64,000 nt of DNA from Cyanobacteriota bacterium (GCA_046052125.1 JBJOMY010000001.1:32001-96000), one strand, 5' to 3'; shown: positions 49,756 to 60,567, counted from the stretch's first letter. Made by a program: numbers and translations. The notes: a model not told the origin generated them from the letters alone.

Positions 49756-50487
49756 ATGAGTTCTGCTGCCCTGGGCGTTCATCCGCTGGTGGATGCGCTG
49801 GCTGATCAGATCCGAGTCTCCTGGCAGGAGCTGCCCGAGCTGCAGCCTCTGGAGGTGGATCCCGAGCTCGAGGCGATCAGCGGCAGCCTCGATGGTGAAG
49901 CGCTGTTCATCCGTAATGAGCTGCGCCAGTGCCGTGGCCTGCGCAAGCTCCACCTGGAAACGGCGCGGCTGGGAGCCGGTCTGCAGATCCTGCACTGCGT
50001 GTTCTTCCCAGACCCCCGCTTTGATCTGCCGGTTTTCGGCGCCGACATCGTCGCCGGCAGAGGAGTGGTGTCCGCCGCGATCGTGGATCTCTCGCCGGTC
50101 ACTGGCGCCCTGCCTGAGGCTGTGGCTACCCGGCTTGAAGCGTTGCCGGCGCGCAGCTTCAGCCAGGAGCGAGAGCTGCCTGAATGGGGCACGATTTTTT
50201 CGCCCTACGTGCGCTTTGTGCGGCCGGCGGATCCAGAGGAGGAGCAGCAGTTCATCTCCGTGGTGACGGATTTTCTGCGGGTGCTCGCCGCCGCTTGTGC
50301 GGAAGCCCAACCGCAACCGATCGATCACCCGGATACGGTGAAACGGCACGAGGGTCAGCTCTCCTATTGCCGGCAACAGAAACGCAACGACAAAACCCGC
50401 CGGGTGCTGGAGAAAGCCTTCAATCCGGACTGGGCCGATCGCTACATCGAGGAGCTGCTGTTCGACGACCCCTTGCCGCTCGACTGA
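49756..50487 (+). CDS. pcyA: Phycocyanobilin:ferredoxin oxidoreductase
   Basis: [19 protein letters not shown] and [13 protein letters not shown]. Confidence 0.95.
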   Translation: MSSAALGVHPLVDALADQIRVSWQELPELQPLEVDPELEAISGSLDGEALFIRNELRQCRGLRKLHLETARLGAGLQILHCVFFPDPRFDLPVFGADIVAGRGVVSAAIVDLSPVTGALPEAVATRLEALPARSFSQERELPEWGTIFSPYVRFVRPADPEEEQQFISVVTDFLRVLAAACAEAQPQPIDHPDTVKRHEGQLSYCRQQKRNDKTRRVLEKAFNPDWADRYIEELLFDDPLPLD

Positions 50488-51386
50488 TGACTCGCCCCTG
50501 GCTCCTGGCCGGAGGTGGCTTGGTGCTGGTGATTGCGCTCCTGGCCGTGGGCCGCACGATCACCAAACCCGCTGCAGCTCCTCCAAAACCGGCTGTACTC
50601 AGCGCTCCGCGCGTTGAGGCCGTCTCGGCCCTGGGCACGCTCCAGCCTGGAGGTGACATCCGCAAACTGGCGGCACCCACCAGTGCCATGGGCGGAAGCC
50701 CGCGGCTGCTTTCGCTCCAGGTGGAAGAGGGGCAGCGGGTGCAGCAAGGGCAGCTGCTCGCCACCTTTGATAGCCGCCCGCGCTTGGTGGCGGACCTCGC
50801 TGCCGTGACTGCGCGGATCGACAGCCTGCAGGCTCAGATCCGGATGCAGCGGCGTGAAGTGGAGCGCTACCAGCGCGCCGCCAGCTCTGGCGCCGCCGCC
50901 CTGGTGCTGCTGGAGGAGAAGAAAGACGATCTCGTGAAGCTGGAGGGGCAGCTCCGCGAAGCGCTGGCCCAGCGCAAGGGCCTGCAGGTGGACCTGGCGG
51001 ACAGTGAGTTGCGTGCACCTCTGGCTGGCACGGTGCTCAAGATCCACAGCCGCGTGGGTGAGCGCCCGGGCAACGACGGCGTGCTCGAACTGGGCGCCGG
51101 CGATCAGATGGAGGCCGTGGCGGAGGTGTACGAGAGCGACATCAACCGCGTGAAGCTCGGCCAACGCGTGAGCCTGGTGAGTGAAAACGGCGGCTTTAGC
51201 GGCAGCCTTGAAGCTCGGGTGATTCGTATCTCTCCTCAGGTGCGCCAACGCGCCGTTCTCTCCACCGATCCCACCGGTGATGCCGATGCGCGTGTGGTGG
51301 AGGTGCGTCTTGCCCTCGATCCCGCCGATGCCGCCAAGGTGCGTGATCGAGCGGGCCTGAAGCTGATCGCCCGCTTTAGCCCGTGA
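50487..51386 (+). CDS. devB: DevB-like membrane fusion protein
   Basis: V.ALG.LQP, AEVYESDI and DARVVEV; precedes devC and devA. Confidence 0.85.
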   Translation: MTRPWLLAGGGLVLVIALLAVGRTITKPAAAPPKPAVLSAPRVEAVSALGTLQPGGDIRKLAAPTSAMGGSPRLLSLQVEEGQRVQQGQLLATFDSRPRLVADLAAVTARIDSLQAQIRMQRREVERYQRAASSGAAALVLLEEKKDDLVKLEGQLREALAQRKGLQVDLADSELRAPLAGTVLKIHSRVGERPGNDGVLELGAGDQMEAVAEVYESDINRVKLGQRVSLVSENGGFSGSLEARVIRISPQVRQRAVLSTDPTGDADARVVEVRLALDPADAAKVRDRAGLKLIARFSP

Positions 51387-52570
51387 ACCTCCAGCGCTGG
51401 CTGATGGGCCTGTGGCAGGGCCGTCGGATCCCCCTATCGCTGCTGCTGCTCACGCGTCAGCCGGTGCGGCTGGCGGTGGCTCTGGCTGGCATCAGCTTTG
51501 CCGGGATCCTGATGTTCATGCAGCTGGGCTTCCGCGATGGCCTCTTCGATGCCAGCGTCACGATTCATCGGCTGTTTGATGCCGATCTGGTGTTGATCAG
51601 TCCACGCTCCACCAGCTCGGTGAGCATGGCGGGCTTCCCGAAGCGCCGTCTGGTGCAGGCGATGGCGGCTTCGGAGGTGGAGGGGATCACGCCGGTGCAC
51701 TGGAACCTGTTGCTCTGGCGCAATCCCGAAACCCGCGGCACCCGCTCGATCCTCACCCTGGGGTTTGAACCAAACGATCCGCTGTTCACCGATTCGAGCC
51801 TGGCCCCCAAAGCGCGGCTGCTCACCCAGAAGGGGCGGGTGCTGTTTGACGAGCAATCCAGGCCTGAGTTTGGGCCGGTGGCTCAATGGTTCAAGGCGGG
51901 TCGCACGGTGGAGAGCGAGATCGCCGGCAAGCGGGTGCGCGTGGCGGGGCTTGTGGGCTTGGGCACCTCCTTCGGCGCCGATGGCAATCTGCTCACCAGC
52001 AGTGAAACCTTCCTGGAACTGCTGCCCAACACCCCACCGGGCAGCATCGAAGTGGGCCTGATTCGCCTACGGCCTGGCAGTGATCCGGAGGCTATGGCCC
52101 AGAAGCTTCAAGCGCAGCTGCCTAGCGATGTGACCGTGCTCACCAAGCAGGGTTTCATCGATTTTGAGCAGAACTACTGGCGCACCAGCACCTCGATTGG
52201 CTTCATCTTCACGCTCGGCGCCGCCATGGGATTCGTGGTGGGCTGCGTGATCGTGTATCAGGTGCTCTATTCCGATGTGAGTGACCACCTACCGGAATAC
52301 GCCACCTTGATGGCCATGGGCTACAAGCTGGTGAGCCTGCTTGGGGTGGTGGCGCGGGAGGGATTGTTGCTGGCGGCTTTCGGCTACCTGCCGGCCTACG
52401 CCGCCGGCCAGGGGCTCTATCTCCTGGTGCGCAGCGCCACGCAGCTGCCGGTGTTTATGGACACCACCCGCGCAGTGACCGTGTTCAGCATGATCCTGGT
52501 GATGTGCATGGCTTCGGCTGCCTTGGCCATGCGACGGCTGGCGGACGCAGACCCTGCGGAGATCTTCTGA
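51383..52570 (+). CDS. devC: DevC-like ABC permease
   Basis: LMFMQLGF, YQVLYSDVSDHLPEYATL.AMGY and ADPAEIF. Confidence 0.92.
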   Translation: MNLQRWLMGLWQGRRIPLSLLLLTRQPVRLAVALAGISFAGILMFMQLGFRDGLFDASVTIHRLFDADLVLISPRSTSSVSMAGFPKRRLVQAMAASEVEGITPVHWNLLLWRNPETRGTRSILTLGFEPNDPLFTDSSLAPKARLLTQKGRVLFDEQSRPEFGPVAQWFKAGRTVESEIAGKRVRVAGLVGLGTSFGADGNLLTSSETFLELLPNTPPGSIEVGLIRLRPGSDPEAMAQKLQAQLPSDVTVLTKQGFIDFEQNYWRTSTSIGFIFTLGAAMGFVVGCVIVYQVLYSDVSDHLPEYATLMAMGYKLVSLLGVVAREGLLLAAFGYLPAYAAGQGLYLLVRSATQLPVFMDTTRAVTVFSMILVMCMASAALAMRRLADADPAEIF

Positions 52571-52575
52571 GCGCC

Positions 52576-53286
52576 ATGGCTGGATCCGCTGCGATTGAGC
52601 TCCAGCACCTTTGCCATTGGTATGGCAGCGGTTCGATGCGCCGCCAGGTGCTTCAGGGAGTGAACCTGCAGGTGGCGGCTGGTGAGGTGGTGCTGCTCAC
52701 CGGTCCCTCCGGCTGCGGCAAAACCACGCTGCTCACCCTCGTGGGTGCGCTGCGGCAGGTGCAGGAGGGAGCCGTGCGGGTGCTTGGCCAGCAGCTCAAT
52801 GGCGCCACTCGGCGGGAGCGGCAGGTGCTGCGGCGATCGATCGGAATGATCTTTCAGGGGCACAACCTGTTGCGCTGCCTCAGCGCTGAGCAGAACGTGC
52901 AGATGGGCTCTGATCTGTTGCCAGAGTTGAGCTACCGCGCCCGCCGCGATCAAGCCCGTGAATGGCTTCGGGCCGTGGGCCTGGGCGATGAATTGCACAA
53001 GCTTCCCCATGACCTCTCCGGCGGCCAGAAGCAGCGGGTGGCGATTGCGCGTGCGCTCGCGGCACGGCCTCGCTTGCTGCTGGCGGATGAACCCACGGCG
53101 GCGCTCGATTCGAAAACGGGCCGTGAAGTGGTGGAGCTGCTGCAGCGGCTGGCGCGGGAGCAGGGCTGTGCTGTGCTGATGGTGACCCACGACCCCCGCA
53201 TCCTCGATATCGCTGATCGGCTGGTGCGGATGGAGGACGGCCTGCTGCTGGAAGCCGAACGGCCTCGGGAGACAGCCCAGGCCTGA
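52576..53286 (+). CDS. devA: DevA-like ABC ATPase
   Basis: GPSGCGKT, LSGGQKQR, ADEPTAALD and VTHD. Confidence 0.92.
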   Translation: MAGSAAIELQHLCHWYGSGSMRRQVLQGVNLQVAAGEVVLLTGPSGCGKTTLLTLVGALRQVQEGAVRVLGQQLNGATRRERQVLRRSIGMIFQGHNLLRCLSAEQNVQMGSDLLPELSYRARRDQAREWLRAVGLGDELHKLPHDLSGGQKQRVAIARALAARPRLLLADEPTAALDSKTGREVVELLQRLAREQGCAVLMVTHDPRILDIADRLVRMEDGLLLEAERPRETAQA

Positions 53287-53333
53287 ACACCATTCAGTAG
53301 TGTGGTGTGTATCCCAAAGACCCAGCCGCCTCG

Positions 53334-53489
53334 ATGGCCAAACGCCGCAACCTCAAGAAAGAAAAGCAGGAGCGCAATCGCGCCTACGCCCGCAAGTTCA
53401 AGAAGCGCAAGCTGCGTAACGACGGCCGTGGTGAAGGTGCTGGCAACGGTGTGACCGGAACGGCCAACAACGGCGGCGCCGCCGATTGA
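53334..53489 (+). CDS. 51-aa highly basic small protein
   Basis: MAKRRNLKKEKQERNRAYARKFKKRKLR. Candidate -10 TAGTGT at 53298 and a downstream terminator. Confidence 0.85.
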   Translation: MAKRRNLKKEKQERNRAYARKFKKRKLRNDGRGEGAGNGVTGTANNGGAAD

Positions 53490-53513
53490 TCGATCACCAT
53501 CAAACGGTGAACT

Positions 53514-53541
53514 GGGGATCCTGCGGGGTCCCTCTTTTTTT
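53514..53541 (+). terminator. Intrinsic terminator
   Basis: GGGATCC-TGCG-GGGTCCC hairpin followed by TCTTTTTTT. Confidence 0.8.
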
Positions 53542-53567
53542 GCTGATCTGCGTCACCTGAACGCGTC

Positions 53568-54500
53568 ATGTTTCTCAGCGTCGTCATCCCCACCTACAAC
53601 CGGTTGCCGATCCTGGAGAAGTGCCTGCGGGCCCTCGAGCGGCAGCACCTGCAGGCGCCGATCAGCAACTACGAGGTGGTGCTGGTGGACGACGGCTCCA
53701 CCGACGACACGGTGCATTGGTTGCTGCGCAACAGCGCCCGATTCCCCCACGTGCGCCTGGTGCAGCAGGACCACGGCGGCCCGGCGGAGGGCCGCAACCG
53801 CGGCGTGGACCACGCCCGCGGCGACGTGATCGTGTTTATCGACAGCGATCTGGTGGTGACGGAGACCTTCCTGATCAGCCATGCCCGCCGGCTGGAGCAG
53901 AGCTGGGCGCAGCGCGGCGATCGCCTCTGTTTCACTTACGGAGCGGTGATCAACACCGCCAACTTCGACGATCCCACCAGCGAGCCCCACAAGCTGCGCG
54001 ATCTCTCCTGGGCCTACTTCGCCACGGGCAACGTGGCGATCGATCGCCAGGTGCTGGAGCGCAGCGGCCTGTTCGACACCCGCTTTCGCCTGTATGGCTG
54101 GGAAGACCTTGAGCTCGGCGAGCGGCTGCGGCGCATGGGCGTGGTGCTGGTGCGCTGCCCCGAAGCGGTGGGGTACCACTGGCACCCGCCCCTGAGCCTG
54201 GAGCAGGTGCCGCGCCTGATCGCCGTGGAGGGCGAGCGCGCCAAAATGGGGTTGGTGTTTTACCGCAAACACCCCACGCGTCGTGTGCGGTTCATCATTC
54301 AGTTCACCCTGCTGCACCGGCTGCTCTGGGAGCTGCTCACCCTGGGCGGTGTGCTCAACGAGCGCAGCCTGCGGCCCGTGCTCGCCTGGCTGATCCGCCA
54401 GGGCAAGCCAGGCCTAGCGATGGAGTTGCTGCGCCTGCCTCTGAACCGCATCGGTGTTCAGGCTCTGTATCGCGAAGCACGCGCTGAGGGGCTGTCCTGA
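53568..54500 (+). CDS. Glycosyltransferase family 2
   Basis: SVVIPTYN, VDDGSTD, FIDSD and WEDLELG.RL. Confidence 0.92.
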   Translation: MFLSVVIPTYNRLPILEKCLRALERQHLQAPISNYEVVLVDDGSTDDTVHWLLRNSARFPHVRLVQQDHGGPAEGRNRGVDHARGDVIVFIDSDLVVTETFLISHARRLEQSWAQRGDRLCFTYGAVINTANFDDPTSEPHKLRDLSWAYFATGNVAIDRQVLERSGLFDTRFRLYGWEDLELGERLRRMGVVLVRCPEAVGYHWHPPLSLEQVPRLIAVEGERAKMGLVFYRKHPTRRVRFIIQFTLLHRLLWELLTLGGVLNERSLRPVLAWLIRQGKPGLAMELLRLPLNRIGVQALYREARAEGLS

Positions 54501-54555
54501 ACCAGCCGCAGCCAGCTGAGTGCTGCACTGCGATTTGGTAAGGTGCCTGGGTTCA

Positions 54556-54628
54556 TTCACACCGCACACCTGCATGTTTCGGGTGACCCGTTCGCGGAGT
54601 CCCTGGCAGGTGGAGGCGAACCCGAAAC
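54556..54628 (+). ncRNA. rpsB 5' leader (t44/S2 autoregulatory element)
   Basis: CACAC element. CACCTGC pairs with GCAGGTG and GTTTCGGGT with ACCCGAAAC, interleaved (pseudoknot-like). TGGAGGC..ACCC motif; extended -10 TGgTAAGGT at 54536. Confidence 0.75.
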
Positions 54629-54637
54629 CCTCAACTC

Positions 54638-55360
54638 ATGGCTGTTGTCACTCTCGCCGAAATGATGGAGGCGGGTGCCCACTTTGGGCACCAAACGCGC
54701 CGTTGGAACCCCAAGATGTCGCGCTACATCTATTGCGCGCGCAACGGTGTTCACATCATCGATCTCGTGCAGACCGCCGTCTGCATGAACAACGCCTACA
54801 AGTGGGTGCGTAGTGCTGCTCGCAGCGGCAAGCGCTTCCTGTTTGTGGGAACCAAAAAGCAGGCCTCCGAGGTGATCGCCCTCGAAGCCACCCGTTGTGG
54901 CGCCGCTTACGTGAACCAGCGTTGGCTGGGCGGCATGCTCACCAACTGGACCACGATGCGTGCCCGCATCGACCGCCTCAAGGACCTGGAGCGCATGGAG
55001 TCCTCCGGCGCTATTGCCATGCGTCCGAAGAAGGAAGCGGCTGTGCTGCGCCGTGAGCTCGAGCGTCTGCAGAAGTACCTGGGCGGCCTGAAGAACATGC
55101 GCCGTCTGCCCGACGTGGTGGTGCTGGTCGACCAGCGCCGTGAAACCAACGCCGTGCTCGAGGCCCGCAAGCTCGATATCCCCCTGGTGTCGATGCTCGA
55201 CACCAACTGCGATCCCGATCTCTGCGACGTGCCCATCCCCTGCAACGACGACGCTGTGCGTTCGGTGCAGCTGGTGCTGGGTCGCCTCGCTGATGCGATC
55301 AACGAAGGTCGCCATGGCGCCAACGATCAGCGTGGTGGCTACGAGGACGAGGAAGGCTGA
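54638..55360 (+). CDS. rpsB: 30S ribosomal protein S2
   Basis: [25 protein letters not shown] and PCNDDA. Confidence 0.98.
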   Translation: MAVVTLAEMMEAGAHFGHQTRRWNPKMSRYIYCARNGVHIIDLVQTAVCMNNAYKWVRSAARSGKRFLFVGTKKQASEVIALEATRCGAAYVNQRWLGGMLTNWTTMRARIDRLKDLERMESSGAIAMRPKKEAAVLRRELERLQKYLGGLKNMRRLPDVVVLVDQRRETNAVLEARKLDIPLVSMLDTNCDPDLCDVPIPCNDDAVRSVQLVLGRLADAINEGRHGANDQRGGYEDEEG

Positions 55361-55422
55361 GCTCTTGCTCGCCGGGCTGCGCGTGTTGAAGCCGGCCTGA
55401 ACCCCTCATCCGCAGCGGCTCT

Positions 55423-55455
55423 GGAGCTTCCCTGAGGGGGAGCTCCTGCCTTTTT
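55423..55455 (+). terminator. Hairpin / possible attenuating terminator between rpsB and tsf
   Basis: GGAGCTTCCC-TGAG-GGGGAGCTCC followed by TGCCTTTTT. Confidence 0.6.
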
Positions 55456-55501
55456 GAGCCGACTCATCAATCTTTTTCCACTTCCCCTTTCATCCAGACC
55501 C

Positions 55502-56158
55502 ATGGCTGAGATCTCCGCCAAGCTCGTCAAGGAACTGCGCGACGTCACCGGTGCCGGCATGATGGACTGCAAGAAGGCTCTTGCAGAGACCAACGGCGAC
55601 AAGGACAAAGCTGTTGAGTGGCTGCGCCAGAAGGGCATCGCCTCCGCTGAGAAGAAGTCCGGCCGTACGGCTGCTGAAGGTGCCATCGGCAGCTATATCC
55701 ACACCGGCGCCCGCGTGGGCGTGCTGGTGGAAGTGAACTGCGAAACCGATTTCGTGGCTCGCGGCGAGATCTTCCAGGAGCTGATCCGCAACGTAGCGAT
55801 GCAGATCGCCGCTTGCCCCAGCGTCGACTTCGTGAAGGTCGACGACATCCCAGCTGAAGTGGCTGAGCGTGAGAAGCAGATCGAGATGGGTCGTGACGAC
55901 CTGGCCGGTAAGAAGGAAGAGATGAAGGAGAAGATCGTGGCCGGCCGTATCGGCAAACGCCTCAAGGAAATGGCTCTGATGGATCAGGCCTACATCAAGG
56001 ACAGCAACCTCACCGTCGACGAACTGGTGAAGCAGGTGTCCGGCAAGGTGGGCGAGAACATCCAGGTGCGTCGCTTCGTGCGCTTCAACCTGGGTGAAGG
56101 CATCGAAGTGGAGAAGATGGACTTCGCCGCTGAAGTGGCTGCCATGCAGGCTGCCTGA
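55502..56158 (+). CDS. tsf: Elongation factor Ts (short cyanobacterial form)
   Basis: [17 protein letters not shown] and NCETDFVA. Confidence 0.97.
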   Translation: MAEISAKLVKELRDVTGAGMMDCKKALAETNGDKDKAVEWLRQKGIASAEKKSGRTAAEGAIGSYIHTGARVGVLVEVNCETDFVARGEIFQELIRNVAMQIAACPSVDFVKVDDIPAEVAEREKQIEMGRDDLAGKKEEMKEKIVAGRIGKRLKEMALMDQAYIKDSNLTVDELVKQVSGKVGENIQVRRFVRFNLGEGIEVEKMDFAAEVAAMQAA

Positions 56159-56163
56159 TCCCG

Positions 56164-57393
56164 ATGCGCGAGGAGGCTCAGCGCCAGATCGATCTGCTCC
56201 TGCAACAGCAGGACCAGCTGGCGCCTGAGCTCTATCGCGATCTGGCTCTTTACCTGCAAGTGCTGCGAGAAGGCCTGTTGCACGCTGTGCAGCAGGCCTG
56301 TTTTCATCTGGCCACGCAGGTGGTTCCCGAGCGCTACAACCAGCTTCCCGCCCAGCGGCGCCAGGCCTTCCAAGCCCGGCTCCAGGAGTTGGTGCAACGC
56401 ACCAGCACCCTGCTCACCGTGGAGCAGATCATGGGCCTGGCGGCGCAGCAACAACGCCGCGAGCACCGGCGCCAGCGGGTGCAGCAACAGCGGCTGTTGG
56501 ATGCCTTTCTGAATGGGGATGGGGCGGATCCTGAGGAACGCTCAGGGGAGGCCAGCGCCGAAAGCAGCGAATCCAACGCAGCTGAAGCCACTGGGCCAGG
56601 GAATCTGCCCAGTGGCTCCGTGAATCTGAGTCTCGATCTTCCGGTGTCGGCCGATCTGTTTGATCGGGGTTTGCCGGCCTTGGCGAGGCCTGCTCCGCCG
56701 GCCCTGGATCAAGCCAGTGAGTCCACCGCTGAACGCCCCAGCGAATCCCCCGAGCAACAGCTGCTGCAGTCGCTGTTTCAGATGGCAGCGGAGGGGCTGC
56801 AGGAGTCGTCCGGGGGCGGCGCTCAACAGGAGCCTCCGGCTGACGCGGACCAGGATCTCGATTCGGAGGCCAACATCAGCCTGGCTCCGCCTGCCGAACT
56901 CGATCCCCGGATTACGGCGCCCAGCGTTCCCAGAGATCCGGTGTTGCAGCTGCGCTGGTGGACCCATTTCGATCGGGCCCTGCGCCGCCGCCTGCGCAAC
57001 CTCTCCCACGCCGTGAATGTGGAGATGCTGCGGGTGGGCTTGGCCCAGGGGCTGTTGCCGATGAACCTGCTCGATGCGGTGCTCGATGGTCAGGTGGAGG
57101 CTCTGCCGGCTCCGGCCAACCTGTTGCGGCTGCCGTTGCCGATGGGCCAGGTGATGGGAGCCGGTGCGCCCACGGAGGTGCTCACCCTGCTGCTGCGCAG
57201 CTCCGATCTGGACTACGAGCAGCCGAAGCTGCGCACCTGCCGCAAGCGCCTCGAGCAGCGGCGGCGTGCATTGCGCACAATGGCCAAGCGCTACCGCAGC
57301 TGGCAGCGCCGCTTGAGCGCCCTCGAAGCTGAGCATCAGTGGTTTCAGGACCATGCCCACCACCCAGCGAAGCCGGCGGCGGATCAGGACTGA
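56164..57393 (+). CDS. Conserved hypothetical protein
   Basis: Helical N- and C-terminal blocks (LYRDLALYLQVLR; RRLRNLSHAVN) around an acidic Pro-rich linker; lies between tsf and recG. Confidence 0.75.
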   Translation: MREEAQRQIDLLLQQQDQLAPELYRDLALYLQVLREGLLHAVQQACFHLATQVVPERYNQLPAQRRQAFQARLQELVQRTSTLLTVEQIMGLAAQQQRREHRRQRVQQQRLLDAFLNGDGADPEERSGEASAESSESNAAEATGPGNLPSGSVNLSLDLPVSADLFDRGLPALARPAPPALDQASESTAERPSESPEQQLLQSLFQMAAEGLQESSGGGAQQEPPADADQDLDSEANISLAPPAELDPRITAPSVPRDPVLQLRWWTHFDRALRRRLRNLSHAVNVEMLRVGLAQGLLPMNLLDAVLDGQVEALPAPANLLRLPLPMGQVMGAGAPTEVLTLLLRSSDLDYEQPKLRTCRKRLEQRRRALRTMAKRYRSWQRRLSALEAEHQWFQDHAHHPAKPAADQD

Positions 57394-59843
57394 CGCTGCA
57401 GGCCTGGCTGCGGCCGTTGCAGCAGGGCTTGCAACTGGAGGCTGAGCGCGGCTTCGGCAATCTTCAGGGTCGCCGGGAGCCGTTTCAGGCGTTCCTGAGC
57501 CGCAGCCTGCGGCAGGTGCCGATTCCGCTCCCCGCCCATCAGCAGCAGCTGCTTGATCAGCTGGCGGAGCAGTTCGCTACCTACGAAGCGCTGAACCAGG
57601 CGCGCCGCCAAAGCCTGGTGCGGCGCACCCGCCAGGCCTTACACGAGTTGCAGCGGGCCCACGAGCCGGTGCGGCCGCCCGCGCCTCCGCGGCTGCGCCT
57701 GGTGCCTGATGCGCCGGGATCTGTGGGCTCACTCGGCCGGATCGATCCGGAGACGCCACTCTCGGAGATCAAAGGGGTTGGGCCCAAGAGTGCCGCCAAG
57801 CTCGCGGCGCTGGACCTGTGGGTGGCGCGGGATCTGGTGCGCTACTACCCCCGCGATTACCTCGACTACTCCAACCTGGTGCGGATCGCGGCCCTGGAGC
57901 CGGGCCGCACCGCCACGATCGTGGCCACGGTGCGCCGCAGCCATAGCTTCACCAGCCCACGCAACCCCAATCTTTCGATCTTGGAGCTGCAGCTGGCCGA
58001 CATCACCGGTCGCATCCGCATCTCCAAGTTTTTTGCCGGCAAGCGCTTCAGCTCCCCTGCCTGGCTGAAGGCCCAGCAACGGCAGTTTCCCGCTGGCGCC
58101 ACGGTGGCGGTGAGTGGTCTGGTGAAGGAGACCCCCTACGGCCCCGCCTTCCAGGATCCCCTGATGGAGGTGCTGGCCAGTCCGAATGCGCCGGTGCGGA
58201 GCGAGCAGATTGGCCGGTTGTTGCCGGTGTACGGGCTTACCGAAGGCTTGAGTGCTGATCGCCTGCGGGCACTCGTGCGCCCCCTGTTGGAGGCGGCGCG
58301 CGGCTGGGGGGATCCATTGCCGCAAGCACTGCAGCAGCAGGAGCAGCTGGTGGATCTGGGCACGGCGCTCACCCAGATTCATGCGCCCACCAATCAGCAG
58401 TGCCTCTCGAGTGCGCGTCGTCGGCTGGTGTTCGACGAATTTCTGATGTTGCAGCTGGGCTTGTTGCAGCGCCGGCGTCAGCTCACCAGCCGCCCCGCGC
58501 CTGCTCTCACCAGCCCCACGGGGTCGCTGCTGGAGGCCTTCCTTGCGCTCCTGCCCTTCCCGTTCACGGGTGCTCAGCAACGGGTATTGGCGGAGATCCG
58601 CGCTGATCTGGAGCGGGAGCAGCCGATGGCGCGGCTGGTGCAAGGCGATGTGGGCAGTGGCAAAACCGTGGTGGCGATCGCAGCCCTGCTCACCGCCATC
58701 GAGGCGGGCTGCCAGGGGGCGTTGATGGCCCCGACGGAAGTGTTGGCGGAGCAGCACTACCGGAAGCTCTGTGAATGGCTGCCGCAGCTGCATGTGAGCT
58801 GCGCCCTGCTCACCGGCTCCACACCGGCGCGTCGCCGCCGGGAGCTACTGGCCGATCTGGCCAACGGCACGCTCAAGATGCTTGTGGGTACCCACGCCTT
58901 GCTGGAAGACCCGGTGCAATTTGCGCGGCTGGGCCTTGTGGTGGTGGATGAGCAGCATCGTTTCGGTGTGCATCAGCGCAACCGTCTGCTCGACAAGGGT
59001 CTGCAGCCCCACCTGCTCACGATGACGGCCACCCCCATTCCCCGCACCCTGGCCCTCTCGCTCCATGGCGATCTGGAGGTGAGCCAGATCGATGAGCTGC
59101 CCCCCGGCCGCACCCCCATTCGCACCAGCTTGCTGGCTGGGTCTGAACGGGAGGAGGCCTATCGGCTGATCCGGGAGCAGGTGGCCCTAGGCCAGCGGGC
59201 CTATGTGGTGTTGCCGTTGGTGGAGGACTCGGAAAAGCTCGATCTGCGCTCGGCGGTGGAGGTGCACCAGCAGCTCAGTGAGCAGATCTTTCCTGATTTG
59301 CAGGTGGGCTTGCTGCATGGCCGCATGGCCAGCGCCGACAAGCAGGCGGCGATCGGAGCGTTTGCCAGTGGCGCCACCCAGGTGCTCGTGAGCACCACCG
59401 TGGTGGAGGTGGGTGTGGATGTGCCGGAGGCGAGCGTGATGGTGATCGAGCATGCGGATCGCTTCGGGTTGGCGCAGCTCCACCAATTGCGGGGCCGTGT
59501 GGGCCGCGGTGCAGCGGCTTCCTACTGCCAGCTGATCAACGACAGCCGCAATGCTCTGGCGCGGCAGCGCCTGGAGGTGCTGGTGCACTCCAGCGATGGC
59601 TTTGAAATCGCCGAGATGGACCTGCGCCTGCGTGGGCCGGGCCAGGTGCTCGGCACCCGCCAGAGCGGCCTTCCTGATCTGGCCCTCGCCAGCCTCACCG
59701 ACGATGGCGATGTGTTGGAGCAGGCCCGACGTGTGGCCCAGCAGATCATGGAGAGCGATCCGGAGCTGGAGGCCCATGCCTCCTTGGCTCAGGCCCTGGC
59801 TGAGCAGCGCCGGCGCACGGCGGCACCCGCCCGTTTGAACTGA
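57339..59843 (+). CDS. recG: ATP-dependent DNA helicase RecG
   Basis: QGDVGSGKT, DEQHRFG, TATPIPRT, QLHQLRGRVGRG and LRGPG. Start uncertain. Confidence 0.97.
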   Translation: MVSGPCPPPSEAGGGSGLTLQAWLRPLQQGLQLEAERGFGNLQGRREPFQAFLSRSLRQVPIPLPAHQQQLLDQLAEQFATYEALNQARRQSLVRRTRQALHELQRAHEPVRPPAPPRLRLVPDAPGSVGSLGRIDPETPLSEIKGVGPKSAAKLAALDLWVARDLVRYYPRDYLDYSNLVRIAALEPGRTATIVATVRRSHSFTSPRNPNLSILELQLADITGRIRISKFFAGKRFSSPAWLKAQQRQFPAGATVAVSGLVKETPYGPAFQDPLMEVLASPNAPVRSEQIGRLLPVYGLTEGLSADRLRALVRPLLEAARGWGDPLPQALQQQEQLVDLGTALTQIHAPTNQQCLSSARRRLVFDEFLMLQLGLLQRRRQLTSRPAPALTSPTGSLLEAFLALLPFPFTGAQQRVLAEIRADLEREQPMARLVQGDVGSGKTVVAIAALLTAIEAGCQGALMAPTEVLAEQHYRKLCEWLPQLHVSCALLTGSTPARRRRELLADLANGTLKMLVGTHALLEDPVQFARLGLVVVDEQHRFGVHQRNRLLDKGLQPHLLTMTATPIPRTLALSLHGDLEVSQIDELPPGRTPIRTSLLAGSEREEAYRLIREQVALGQRAYVVLPLVEDSEKLDLRSAVEVHQQLSEQIFPDLQVGLLHGRMASADKQAAIGAFASGATQVLVSTTVVEVGVDVPEASVMVIEHADRFGLAQLHQLRGRVGRGAAASYCQLINDSRNALARQRLEVLVHSSDGFEIAEMDLRLRGPGQVLGTRQSGLPDLALASLTDDGDVLEQARRVAQQIMESDPELEAHASLAQALAEQRRRTAAPARLN

Positions 59844-60562
59844 TGGCCTTGCGTCCCTGGAGCCCGATCCCGATCGATGACTGCGGCGAGCCTTTGCTCC
59901 CCTTGCCGGCTGGGTTGTGGCGGCTGGAACCCCACCCCTATGCCGCCGTGGGTGCGCCCTATGGAGCTGATGCGTGCCCGTTTCGCCTGCGCCAGGGGGT
60001 GATTGAGCGCCTGCTTCAGGCCCAGCGCGCCCTTCAGAACGTGCAACCCAGCTTGCGACTGGCGATCTTTGATGCCTGGCGGCCGCTGGCGGTGCAGCGC
60101 TTCATGGTGGCCCATGCCATCGCTGAAGAATGCAGGGTTCGCGGCATCGATGCCTCCATCCCGAGTGAGGCTCGCGCTTCGGTGGAGCAGGAGGTGGGGC
60201 GTTTCTGGGCTCCACCCAGCAACGATCCCGCCACACCACCACCCCACAGCACCGGTGCGGCGGTGGATCTCACACTGGCGGATCCCGATGGCACGCCTCT
60301 GGATCTCGGCTCCCCCATCGATGCGATCGGCGCTGTTTCCGAACCCGATCACTTCCGAGGGGTGGCTGCTGACGCATCAGACGAAGCGCTACGCAGGCAG
60401 GCCCTGATCTGGCAGGAGCGCCGTGATCGGCTTGCGGAAGTGATGCTCGCGGCTGGTTTTGCCCAACACCCCAATGAGTGGTGGCACTTCAGCCACGGCG
60501 ATCAACTCTGGGCCTGGCGCACGGGCCAGACCCAAGCGATTTATGGACGCTCCGGCTGTTGA
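59843..60562 (+). CDS. ddpX: M15D D-Ala-D-Ala dipeptidase-like metallopeptidase
   Basis: DAWRP..VQ, HSTGAAVD and EWWHF. Confidence 0.88.
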   Translation: MALRPWSPIPIDDCGEPLLPLPAGLWRLEPHPYAAVGAPYGADACPFRLRQGVIERLLQAQRALQNVQPSLRLAIFDAWRPLAVQRFMVAHAIAEECRVRGIDASIPSEARASVEQEVGRFWAPPSNDPATPPPHSTGAAVDLTLADPDGTPLDLGSPIDAIGAVSEPDHFRGVAADASDEALRRQALIWQERRDRLAEVMLAAGFAQHPNEWWHFSHGDQLWAWRTGQTQAIYGRSGC

Positions 60563-60567
60563 TGCAA

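Noticed and set aside
50487..53286. devBCA as a sign of heterocyst glycolipid export
   Set aside because: DevBCA-like exporters also occur in non-heterocystous cyanobacteria, and there are no hgl or nif genes in this window.
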